A stretch of 32,000 bases of DNA from positions 30,001 to 62,000 of the forward strand of contig NZ_JHXR01000001.1 of the NCBI RefSeq assembly GCF_000621645.1. Direction: 5' to 3'. This document shows positions 7,138 through 14,569 of this stretch, in pieces. Under the pieces are notes generated by a model, which worked only from the letters and a program-made list of their open reading frames with translations, was not told where the DNA came from and searched no databases. This DNA comes from Vibrio cholerae ATCC 14035. GTDB lineage: Bacteria; Pseudomonadota; Gammaproteobacteria; Enterobacterales; Vibrionaceae. The first letter of the stretch is position 1, and every line of letters starts with the position of its first letter. A program made the translations under genes and the position numbers.

Positions 7138-9138
7138 ATGAGTTTAGGCCCGATGGGGATGAATACTGGCTTTGACATCAATGGCATGGTCAGCAAAATT
7201 GTCAGTGCGGAGCGCGTACCTAAGCAGCAACGCATTGACAATGAGCGTACCAACATTGACACCAGTATCAGCGCCTATGGTCGGCTCAGAGAGTCGCTGG
7301 ATACGATGAAAAATCTGATGACCCAGTTTCGTCAGGAGAAGGCTTTTGCAGTACGCAAAGTCGACACCAGTAACGAACAGGTTGTCTCCGCGACGGCCAC
7401 CACGGAAGCTATTGCTGGCAACTACTCCGTCGATGTGTTGCAGCTTGCTCAAAGCCATAAAATTGCGTCTGAAGTATTGGACAAAGACGCGAAATTTGGT
7501 CCGGGCAAGCTGCATATTTCATTGGGCGATAAGAGTTTTACGCTGGATGTGCAAGGTAACTCCAAGCTGGTTGATATTGTCCGTGGAATCAATGGTGAAA
7601 AATCCAATCCGGGCGTGCGAGCCTCCATCATCAATGATGTTGAAGGGCCGCGGCTGATCGTTGCCTCTAACGTGTCAGGCAAAGATCACAGCGTAAAAAT
7701 GTCCGCTCAAGCGGAACCCGGTAATCCACTTAAGCAACTCGAATACAAAACCCTCGAACAGCGAGTTCGTGATTTAGAAAAAGCGCGTGCGCAAGCTCAG
7801 CAACTCATCGCCCCACTCACCCCTGAACAGCAAAAAGTCGCCGCCAAAGTCGCGGAAAAAATTGGCGATGCTGCTCGGCTGGTCGATCAAGAAGTCGCAC
7901 AAGAAATTCGAAGTGCCGCACAAAGTGCACAAGGTGCGGCCGGAGAGGCGCTCAACGCTGGTGAGTTAACCGAGAGTGCGGTAAAAGCCGCGGCTAACGC
8001 CGCCAGTGAAGCCAAAAAATACATCAGGCCGGAAGACCGAATTCCGGGCTGGACAGAAACCGCGTCCGGTACCTTGCTCGATTCCTATTGGGAACCGGAA
8101 GAAGAACTCGACGCTCAAGGTCAAAAAAAGGCCGCTGACGTTCCCGGATGGAGCAACACCGCATCCGGTACACTGCTTGATTCCTACGTCACGCCGCAAG
8201 AAGCGCAGCAAAAGCTAGAACAGAAATTAGCGCAAGAGAAGGCGCAGATTGAAGCGGCGATCCGCAGCGGAAAAATGACGCCAGAAGAGGCCAAAGCCCA
8301 AGCGCGCGCGAAACTTAGCCCAGAAGAGCGTGCCTACATTGAACAGGTCGAAAAAGCGCAAGCAGCCTTGAATGCGGCGCAAAGTGCCTTTGATGGCTAC
8401 GGCGGCATGACCGAAGTGCAATCGGCGCAAGACTCTATGGTGGTGCTGGATGGGGTGGCGACCTTATCGAGCAATAACAACATCATCGAAAATGCGATCG
8501 AAGGGGTTAACTTAACCCTCAAAGGCAAAACCGATCGCAATCAGCCTCCCGCGGAAATCGGCATTGAATATGACCGCGAACGAGTGCGTAACGACATTGA
8601 ACAGTTTGTCGCGGCCTATAATCAGTTTTTCCAAACCAGTAAAGAGCTCGCGGGTGTTGATCCACGAACCGGACAAGCCGGTCCTTTAGCGGGTGACAGC
8701 ATAGTTCGTAGCGCAGACTCACGATTAAAAACGGTCTTCTCATCGAGCATTGAGCAAGCGCCAGAAAACCTCAAATCACTGACTGAGTTTGGGATCACCA
8801 CCACCCGACAAGGGACGCTAGAAATCAACTATGCTATGCTTGACCGCCAATTGAATAACAACTTCACTAAGTTGGGTGAGTTTTTTGGCGGCAATCAAGG
8901 CTTTGCTAAGCGGGTCGAAGATGCGATTTCGAGCATGACTGGGGTTACGGGTTCAATCCGTACCCGAGAAAAGAGCTTGAATGAACAGACTTACCGATTG
9001 GATGACGACCAACGTTCTCTCGACCGCCGGATGGAGAGTTTGGAAAAACGGACCCATGCGAAATTCAGTGCCATGCAAGATGCGACCAGCAAGATGCAAT
9101 CGCAGTTAGCGGGCATGATGAACGCTTTAGGTGGTTAA
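7138..9138 (+). CDS. fliD: flagellar filament cap protein FliD (FlaH), enlarged form (666 aa)
   Basis: The N-terminus (ISAYGRLRESLDTMK) and C-terminus (LDDDQRSLDRRMESLEKRTHAKFSAMQDATSKMQSQLAGM) are typical of FliD. SD GAGGTG is present. A long central Ala/Gln/Lys-rich insertion is included. Confidence 0.9.
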   Translation: MSLGPMGMNTGFDINGMVSKIVSAERVPKQQRIDNERTNIDTSISAYGRLRESLDTMKNLMTQFRQEKAFAVRKVDTSNEQVVSATATTEAIAGNYSVDVLQLAQSHKIASEVLDKDAKFGPGKLHISLGDKSFTLDVQGNSKLVDIVRGINGEKSNPGVRASIINDVEGPRLIVASNVSGKDHSVKMSAQAEPGNPLKQLEYKTLEQRVRDLEKARAQAQQLIAPLTPEQQKVAAKVAEKIGDAARLVDQEVAQEIRSAAQSAQGAAGEALNAGELTESAVKAAANAASEAKKYIRPEDRIPGWTETASGTLLDSYWEPEEELDAQGQKKAADVPGWSNTASGTLLDSYVTPQEAQQKLEQKLAQEKAQIEAAIRSGKMTPEEAKAQARAKLSPEERAYIEQVEKAQAALNAAQSAFDGYGGMTEVQSAQDSMVVLDGVATLSSNNNIIENAIEGVNLTLKGKTDRNQPPAEIGIEYDRERVRNDIEQFVAAYNQFFQTSKELAGVDPRTGQAGPLAGDSIVRSADSRLKTVFSSSIEQAPENLKSLTEFGITTTRQGTLEINYAMLDRQLNNNFTKLGEFFGGNQGFAKRVEDAISSMTGVTGSIRTREKSLNEQTYRLDDDQRSLDRRMESLEKRTHAKFSAMQDATSKMQSQLAGMMNALGG

Positions 9139-9139
9139 T

Positions 9140-9445
9140 GTGGAAGCAGAACTGCAACGTTTGAGTGATCTCGATCAACAAATCGCAACTCTTCTTGCGG
9201 AAGATGACATTCATACTGAAGATATTTTGCAGTTGGTCGATAACAGGGAACAGCTATTGCATAGCTTGTTAGGCTATTTGGCCGAGCACCCTGAATTGGC
9301 AAAGTCCGATTTATGGCTCAAGGCAATTGGTAATACTCAACAACTTGTGGAACAGATGCAGTTAAAAACGGCGGCGATGGGGCAAACACTCCACAAATAT
9401 CGTCACGGAAATAAATCGGTTCAGCAATACAAAAAGTTTTTATAA
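9140..9445 (+). CDS. flaI: flagellar protein FlaI, small helical FliT-like protein (about 101 aa)
   Basis: ORF between fliD and fliS. AGGTGG (9129-9134) lies 5 nt before GTG 9140. The track start, GTG 9131, has no SD and overlaps the fliD stop. Either start is possible. Confidence 0.7.
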   Translation: MEAELQRLSDLDQQIATLLAEDDIHTEDILQLVDNREQLLHSLLGYLAEHPELAKSDLWLKAIGNTQQLVEQMQLKTAAMGQTLHKYRHGNKSVQQYKKFL

Positions 9446-9455
9446 GAGGAAGACT

Positions 9456-9866
9456 ATGCGTGGTTCTTTACAGGCGTACAAAAAAGTATCAGTGGATAGC
9501 CAGCTAAGTGCGGCCTCACCGCATAAAATCGTCCAGATGTTAATGGCCGGAGCGATTGAGCGCCTGATCCAAGGTAAGGCGGCAATGCAGCAAGGTAACA
9601 TCCCTGTGAAAGGCGAACGTTTAGGTAAAGCCTTGGATATCATCATTAGCCTACGCAGCTGCTTGTCGATGGAAGACGGTGGCGACATCGCCAAAAATCT
9701 CGATCAACTGTATGACTTTATGGTCAACCAAATTACTCAAGCGAACCATAAAAATGATCCGCAAATGCTCGATGATGTGATTGAGATCATCCGTGAAATA
9801 AAGTCAGCTTGGGATCAAATTCCACCGGAATATCACAACTTGACTGCCGCTGAAGTGGGTATTTGA
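9456..9866 (+). CDS. fliS: flagellin-specific export chaperone FliS (136 aa)
   Basis: FliS family signature (AYKKVSVDSQLSAASPHKIVQMLMAGAIERL). SD GAGGAAG precedes ATG 9456. Confidence 0.9.
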   Translation: MRGSLQAYKKVSVDSQLSAASPHKIVQMLMAGAIERLIQGKAAMQQGNIPVKGERLGKALDIIISLRSCLSMEDGGDIAKNLDQLYDFMVNQITQANHKNDPQMLDDVIEIIREIKSAWDQIPPEYHNLTAAEVGI

Positions 9867-9945
9867 TTTCTGTCAGAGAAACTTTTAACAGATATCACAC
9901 CCAGCAAATGCTTGGTTGCCTTATTTGCTGATTTAAATAGAATAG

Positions 9946-9976
9946 AAGCCACTAACTAGCCAAGTGGCTTTTTTTG
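9946..9976 (+). terminator. rho-independent terminator ending the flaG-fliD-flaI-fliS unit
   Basis: AAGCCACT (9946-9953) pairs with AGTGGCTT (9963-9970) and is followed by T7. A second 8-bp hairpin, CAGCAAAT/ATTTGCTG (9902-9930), precedes it. Confidence 0.8.
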
Positions 9977-10097
9977 TTGCTGATTTCCACAAATTGTCTA
10001 TCGTTTATTCAGGATCCAGAATCAAAATTAACACCTGAAAATGATGTTCAAACGGTGCAACCACAACTTCTTATAATAAAGGCAAATAATCTCACCT

Positions 10098-11564
10098 ATG
10101 CAGAGTTTAGCGAAACTACTTGTGATTGAGGACGATGCCGCGATCCGGCTCAATCTCAGTGTTATTTTAGAATTTGTAGGAGAGCAGTGTGAGGTCATTG
10201 AGTCTACTCAGATTGACCAAATCAATTGGTCGGCAGTGTGGGGTGGGTGCATTTTAGGCTCGCTACGTGGTCAAGCGCTTTCTGAACAATTAATCCAATC
10301 TTTAACCAAGGCTAACCATATCCCGTTGCTGGTTGCCAATAAGCAGCCTTATTCCTTAGAAGAATTCCCCAACTATGTGGGTGAGTTAGATTTTCCGCTC
10401 AACTATCCGCAGCTGAGCGATGCTTTGCGTCACTGTAAAGAATTTCTTGGGCGCAAAGGTTTTCAAGTCCTTGCGACCGCACGCAAAAACACCCTGTTTC
10501 GTAGCCTTGTTGGGCAAAGCATGGGGATTCAAGAAGTTCGCCACTTGATTGAGCAAGTCTCGACCACGGAAGCCAACGTGCTGATCCTCGGTGAGTCGGG
10601 CACGGGTAAAGAAGTGGTTGCGCGTAACATTCACTACCATTCAGGACGCCGTAATGGCCCTTTTGTCCCCATCAACTGTGGTGCAATCCCGGCTGAATTG
10701 CTGGAAAGTGAACTGTTTGGTCATGAAAAAGGGGCGTTTACCGGAGCGATTACCGCACGTAAAGGCCGTTTTGAACTGGCTGAAGGCGGCACACTCTTTT
10801 TAGATGAAATTGGCGATATGCCGATGAGCATGCAGGTTAAACTGCTGCGCGTGCTGCAAGAGCGCTGTTTTGAACGGGTGGGAGGCAACAGCACCATCAA
10901 AGCGAATGTGCGCGTGATTGCCGCAACGCACCGTAATTTGGAAGAGATGATTGACGGACAGAAATTTCGTGAAGATCTCTACTACCGCTTAAACGTGTTC
11001 CCGATTGAAATGCCCGCTCTGCGCGATCGGATTGATGACATTCCTTTGCTGTTACAAGAGCTGATGACTCGTATGGAAGCGGAAGGGGCGCAGCCCATCT
11101 GTTTCACGCCGCGTGCGATCAATTCGATGATGGAGCATGACTGGCCGGGTAATGTGCGTGAACTTGCCAACTTGGTTGAGCGTATGGTCATCCTGTATCC
11201 AAACAGTTTGGTCGATGTGAATCACCTGCCGACCAAATACCGTTACAGTGATATTCCGGAATTCCAGCCAGAGCCTAGCCGTTTTAGCTCGGTTGAAGAG
11301 CAAGAGCGTGATGTGTTGGAAGGCATTTTTGCAGAAGACTTTAATTTTGAAGAGCCGCAGGAGTTTGTCCCTGATATAGATGCGCCGCAAGCGCTGCCAC
11401 CTGAAGGGGTGAATCTCAAAGAGTTGCTCGCTGATTTAGAAGTGAACCTCATCAACCAAGCGTTAGAAGCGCAAGGGGGGGTAGTGGCGAGAGCGGCAGA
11501 CATGCTCGGTATGCGTCGCACCACCTTGGTTGAGAAGATGCGCAAATACAACATGCAACGCTAG
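10098..11564 (+). CDS. flrA: sigma54-dependent master flagellar activator FlrA (FleQ family, 488 aa)
   Basis: Has a FleQ-type N-terminal domain and an AAA+ core with Walker A (GESGTGKE), the sigma54-contact loop (EKGAFTGA) and the GNVRELAN motif. A C-terminal Fis-type HTH is present. Confidence 0.95.
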   Translation: MQSLAKLLVIEDDAAIRLNLSVILEFVGEQCEVIESTQIDQINWSAVWGGCILGSLRGQALSEQLIQSLTKANHIPLLVANKQPYSLEEFPNYVGELDFPLNYPQLSDALRHCKEFLGRKGFQVLATARKNTLFRSLVGQSMGIQEVRHLIEQVSTTEANVLILGESGTGKEVVARNIHYHSGRRNGPFVPINCGAIPAELLESELFGHEKGAFTGAITARKGRFELAEGGTLFLDEIGDMPMSMQVKLLRVLQERCFERVGGNSTIKANVRVIAATHRNLEEMIDGQKFREDLYYRLNVFPIEMPALRDRIDDIPLLLQELMTRMEAEGAQPICFTPRAINSMMEHDWPGNVRELANLVERMVILYPNSLVDVNHLPTKYRYSDIPEFQPEPSRFSSVEEQERDVLEGIFAEDFNFEEPQEFVPDIDAPQALPPEGVNLKELLADLEVNLINQALEAQGGVVARAADMLGMRRTTLVEKMRKYNMQR

Positions 11565-11574
11565 GGAAACCATA

Positions 11575-11590
11575 GTCAATATATTGGCAT
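11575..11590. promoter_or_regulatory. candidate FlrA (FleQ-box-like) enhancer site upstream of flrBC
   Basis: GTCAATATATTGGCAT is centred about 68 bp upstream of the predicted flrB transcription start. It matches 12/14 positions of the P. aeruginosa FleQ box as I remember it, and 13/16 positions of a second copy at 14216-14231. Confidence 0.4.
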
Positions 11591-11616
11591 TAATTAACGT
11601 GTTGATTTTAAACATG

Positions 11617-11651
11617 AATGGCTTGGCATGACTCTTGCGTGCCAAGCCATT
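11617..11651 (+). terminator. 12-bp perfect inverted repeat after flrA (probable flrA terminator or attenuator)
   Basis: AATGGCTTGGCA (11617-11628) and TGCCAAGCCATT (11640-11651) flank an 11-nt loop. The downstream U-tract is weak (GTTGCATTT). Confidence 0.55.
11624..11639 (+). promoter_or_regulatory. sigma54 promoter of flrBC
   Basis: TGGCAT-GACTC-TTGCG, with GG at 11625-11626 and GC at 11637-11638 (exact -24/-12 spacing). It lies 37 nt before the flrB ATG. sigma54/FlrA dependence of flrBC is established for V. cholerae. Confidence 0.8.
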
Positions 11652-11675
11652 GTTGCATTTAAAAACAGAGAGTGA

Positions 11676-12731
11676 ATGATGAGCAGCGCAGTGCAAGAGC
11701 AGCATTCCCATTTGGACTCGTTAGAAGATCAAGTTGAGCGCTATAAACAGGTATTGGATGTGATGCCCGCCGGGGTGATTTTGCTCGATACCCAAGGCAT
11801 AGTGCGTGAAGCCAACCCAGAAGCGCAGCGTTTACTGGATGTACCACTCGTGGGTGAAAAATGGTACAGCGTGATCCAGATTGCTTTTGCCCCGCGTGAC
11901 GATGATGGTCATGAAATCTCGCTGCGCAATGGACGCAAAGTGCGCTTGGCGATCTCCGCCTCGACAACGGGTCAGCTCATTTTGATTACCGACTTAACGG
12001 AAACTCGCCTATTGCAGTCACGGATCAGTGATCTGCAACGTCTCTCTTCCTTGGGACGCATGGTGGCGTCATTGGCTCACCAAGTGAGAACGCCACTGTC
12101 CAGTGCCATGCTGTATGCCGCAAATCTCGCAGCACCGAATTTACCGCCTGCTACTCGTGAGCGTTTTCAAAGTAAGTTGGTTGACCGACTGCACGATTTG
12201 GAAAAGCAAGTAAACGACATGCTGCTTTTTGCCAAAGGTGGCGATAACAAGGTGGTGATGCCCTTCTCGATTGGCGATTTGGCCGCCGAATTTATGCCTA
12301 TGGTCGAAACGGCGCTGAAAAATAATCAGATCGATTACGGTCAAGAAGTCGAAAGTGAAGAGACCATGTTGCTGGGTAATGCCAATGCTTTGGCTTCCGC
12401 GCTGAGTAATTTGGTGATGAATGCGCTGCAAATTGCGGGGAAAGGTTCACAAATTGATGTGTTTTTCCGCCCAGTGAATGGCGAACTTAAAATTTCCGTG
12501 CAAGATAACGGCCCCGGTGTGCCAGAGTCGTTGCAGCACAAAATCATGGAACCCTTTTTCACCACTCGCTCACAAGGTACAGGCCTTGGCTTAGCAGTAG
12601 TGCAGATGGTGTGTCGCGCCCACGGTGGGCGATTGGAACTGATATCCAAGGAGGGAGAGGGCGCTTGTTTTACCATGTGCATTCCCCTTGAACGTCAGGC
12701 AGATAGCTCAAACTCAGAGACTGGAGAGTGA
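11676..12731 (+). CDS. flrB: flagellar sensor histidine kinase FlrB (cytoplasmic PAS-HisKA-HATPase, 351 aa)
   Basis: H-box SLAHQVRTPLSS and an ATPase domain with N, G1 and G2 boxes (NLVMNALQ, QDNGPGV, GTGLGLAV). No transmembrane segments. Confidence 0.9.
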   Translation: MMSSAVQEQHSHLDSLEDQVERYKQVLDVMPAGVILLDTQGIVREANPEAQRLLDVPLVGEKWYSVIQIAFAPRDDDGHEISLRNGRKVRLAISASTTGQLILITDLTETRLLQSRISDLQRLSSLGRMVASLAHQVRTPLSSAMLYAANLAAPNLPPATRERFQSKLVDRLHDLEKQVNDMLLFAKGGDNKVVMPFSIGDLAAEFMPMVETALKNNQIDYGQEVESEETMLLGNANALASALSNLVMNALQIAGKGSQIDVFFRPVNGELKISVQDNGPGVPESLQHKIMEPFFTTRSQGTGLGLAVVQMVCRAHGGRLELISKEGEGACFTMCIPLERQADSSNSETGE

Positions 12732-12733
12732 AG

Positions 12734-14167
12734 ATGGCTCAAAGCAAAGTCTTAATCGTAGAAGATGACGAAGGTCTTCGCGAAGCGTTGATCGACACCT
12801 TAGCTTTAGCGGGTTATGAGTGGCTGGAAGCCGATTGTGCAGAAGATGCCCTGCTCAAACTCAAATCACACAGTGTCGATATTGTGGTGTCTGATGTGCA
12901 AATGGCAGGCATGGGGGGACTCGCTCTGCTGCGCAGTATCAAACAGCACTGGCCGAATTTACCCGTACTGCTGATGACCGCTTACGCCAATATTCAAGAT
13001 GCCGTATCTGCCATGAAAGATGGCGCGATTGACTACATGGCTAAGCCTTTTGCACCAGAAGTGCTGCTGAATATGGTCAGCCGTTACGCACCAGTAAAGT
13101 CAGATGACAACGGCGATGCTGTGGTCGCGGATACGAAAAGCCTCAAGCTGCTTGCCTTAGCCGATAAAGTGGCGAAGACCGATGCCAACGTGATGATTTT
13201 GGGGCCAAGCGGCTCAGGTAAAGAAGTGATGTCACGTTACATCCACAATGCCTCTCCTCGTAAAGAGGGGCCATTTATTGCGATTAACTGCGCGGCAATT
13301 CCTGACAACATGTTAGAAGCAACCCTATTCGGTTATGAAAAAGGCGCGTTTACCGGAGCCGTACAAGCGTGTCCCGGTAAGTTTGAACAAGCCCAAGGTG
13401 GCACCATTTTGCTCGATGAGATCAGCGAAATGGATCTGAATCTGCAAGCGAAACTGCTGCGGGTACTGCAAGAGCGTGAAGTAGAGCGCTTAGGGAGCCG
13501 CAAAAGCATCAAGCTCGATGTTCGCGTGCTCGCAACCAGTAACCGTGACTTGAAACAGTATGTGCAAGCCGGACATTTCCGTGAAGACTTGTACTACCGT
13601 TTGAATGTGTTCCCATTAACCTGGCCAGCCTTATGTGAGCGTAAAGACGATATTGAGCCGCTGGCTAACCATCTGATTGAGCGTCACTGCAAAAAGTTAG
13701 GTTTACCTGTACCAAGCATTGCGCCTAACGCCATTACTAAACTGCTGAATTACCCATGGCCGGGTAATGTGCGTGAGCTGGATAACGTCGTGCAGCGTGC
13801 TTTGATCTTAAGTGAAAACGGCCATATTCAAAGTGAGCACATTTTGCTGGAAGGGGTTGATTGGCATGATGCCAGCAGCTTACAGCAAGCGGTGGCGGGA
13901 GAGTCGATGGCTGCGCCGCAGATCAAACCTGTTGCAGAGCCCGAAGTGTTTAAGCCCTTAGTGCAAGGTGGTGGGCAAAACAGTAGTTCGCAAAGTTCAG
14001 GTTTGGGTGGTGAGCTGCGCGACCAAGAGTTTGCGATTATTCTTGATACGTTGGCCGAATGTCAGGGACGCCGTAAAGAGATGGCGGAGAAGCTAGGTAT
14101 TAGCCCACGCACTTTACGTTACAAACTCGCCAAAATGCGTGATGCAGGGATTGATATCCCCGGTTGA
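12734..14167 (+). CDS. flrC: sigma54-dependent response regulator FlrC (REC-AAA+-HTH, about 477 aa)
   Basis: REC domain (VLIVEDDEGLREAL, DIVVSDVQMAGMGG), AAA+ core ([16 protein letters not shown]) and a C-terminal HTH. ATG 12734 follows SD GGAGAG (12723-12728). The track start, GTG 12728, overlaps the flrB stop and is an alternative. Confidence 0.9.
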   Translation: MAQSKVLIVEDDEGLREALIDTLALAGYEWLEADCAEDALLKLKSHSVDIVVSDVQMAGMGGLALLRSIKQHWPNLPVLLMTAYANIQDAVSAMKDGAIDYMAKPFAPEVLLNMVSRYAPVKSDDNGDAVVADTKSLKLLALADKVAKTDANVMILGPSGSGKEVMSRYIHNASPRKEGPFIAINCAAIPDNMLEATLFGYEKGAFTGAVQACPGKFEQAQGGTILLDEISEMDLNLQAKLLRVLQEREVERLGSRKSIKLDVRVLATSNRDLKQYVQAGHFREDLYYRLNVFPLTWPALCERKDDIEPLANHLIERHCKKLGLPVPSIAPNAITKLLNYPWPGNVRELDNVVQRALILSENGHIQSEHILLEGVDWHDASSLQQAVAGESMAAPQIKPVAEPEVFKPLVQGGGQNSSSQSSGLGGELRDQEFAIILDTLAECQGRRKEMAEKLGISPRTLRYKLAKMRDAGIDIPG

Positions 14168-14172
14168 GGGCA

Positions 14173-14188
14173 TGGCATACAAATTGCT
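14173..14188 (+). promoter_or_regulatory. sigma54 promoter of the fliEFGHIJ operon
   Basis: TGGCAT-ACAAA-TTGCT, with GG at 14174-14175 and GC at 14186-14187 (exact spacing). It starts 6 nt after the flrC stop. Confidence 0.8.
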
Positions 14189-14215
14189 CTTTAGAGTTAG
14201 GAATGGAATTTTTGA

Positions 14216-14231
14216 GTCAAACAATTGGCAT
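14216..14231. promoter_or_regulatory. candidate FlrA (FleQ-box-like) site in the fliE leader
   Basis: GTCAAACAATTGGCAT is centred about +24 from the predicted transcription start. It is 13/16 identical to the site at 11575-11590. Confidence 0.35.
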
Positions 14232-14242
14232 CAGAGGTAGCA

Positions 14243-14554
14243 ATGAGACTTGACGGTTTAAATAACGAAATGCAGGCGATGATGTTTGAGGCAATGAATA
14301 CTCAGCCCGCATCGACAGGTCAGAAAGTTGGCGCTGACTTTGGTGCCATGTTGACCAAAGCGATCAACAACGTCAATGGCCTGCAAAAGACCTCAAGTGA
14401 TATGCAGACGCGTTTTGATCGTGGCGATGAAGGAATTTCTCTTTCTGATGTGATGATCGCCCGTAATAAATCGAGTGTGGCGTTTGAAGCGACCATTCAA
14501 GTACGCAATAAGCTCGTCGAAGCGTACAAAGAACTGATGAATATGCCAGTATAA
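14243..14554 (+). CDS. fliE: flagellar hook-basal body protein FliE (103 aa)
   Basis: FliE family C-terminus (ISLSDVMIARNKSSVAFEATIQVRNKLVEAYKELMNMPV). ATG 14243 has SD AGAGGT at 14233-14238. The track TTG at 14225 lies inside the leader. Confidence 0.9.
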   Translation: MRLDGLNNEMQAMMFEAMNTQPASTGQKVGADFGAMLTKAINNVNGLQKTSSDMQTRFDRGDEGISLSDVMIARNKSSVAFEATIQVRNKLVEAYKELMNMPV

Positions 14555-14569
14555 CTTGGGTAATAGACT

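Noticed and set aside
11624-11646. A perfect sigma54 -24 element (TGGCACG) reads on the minus strand within the flrA-flrB inverted repeat, suggesting a divergent antisense promoter into flrA.
   Set aside because: There is no GC dinucleotide at the required 10-nt spacing on that strand. The sequence there is TGGCACGCAAGAGTC, which puts TC at the -12 position.
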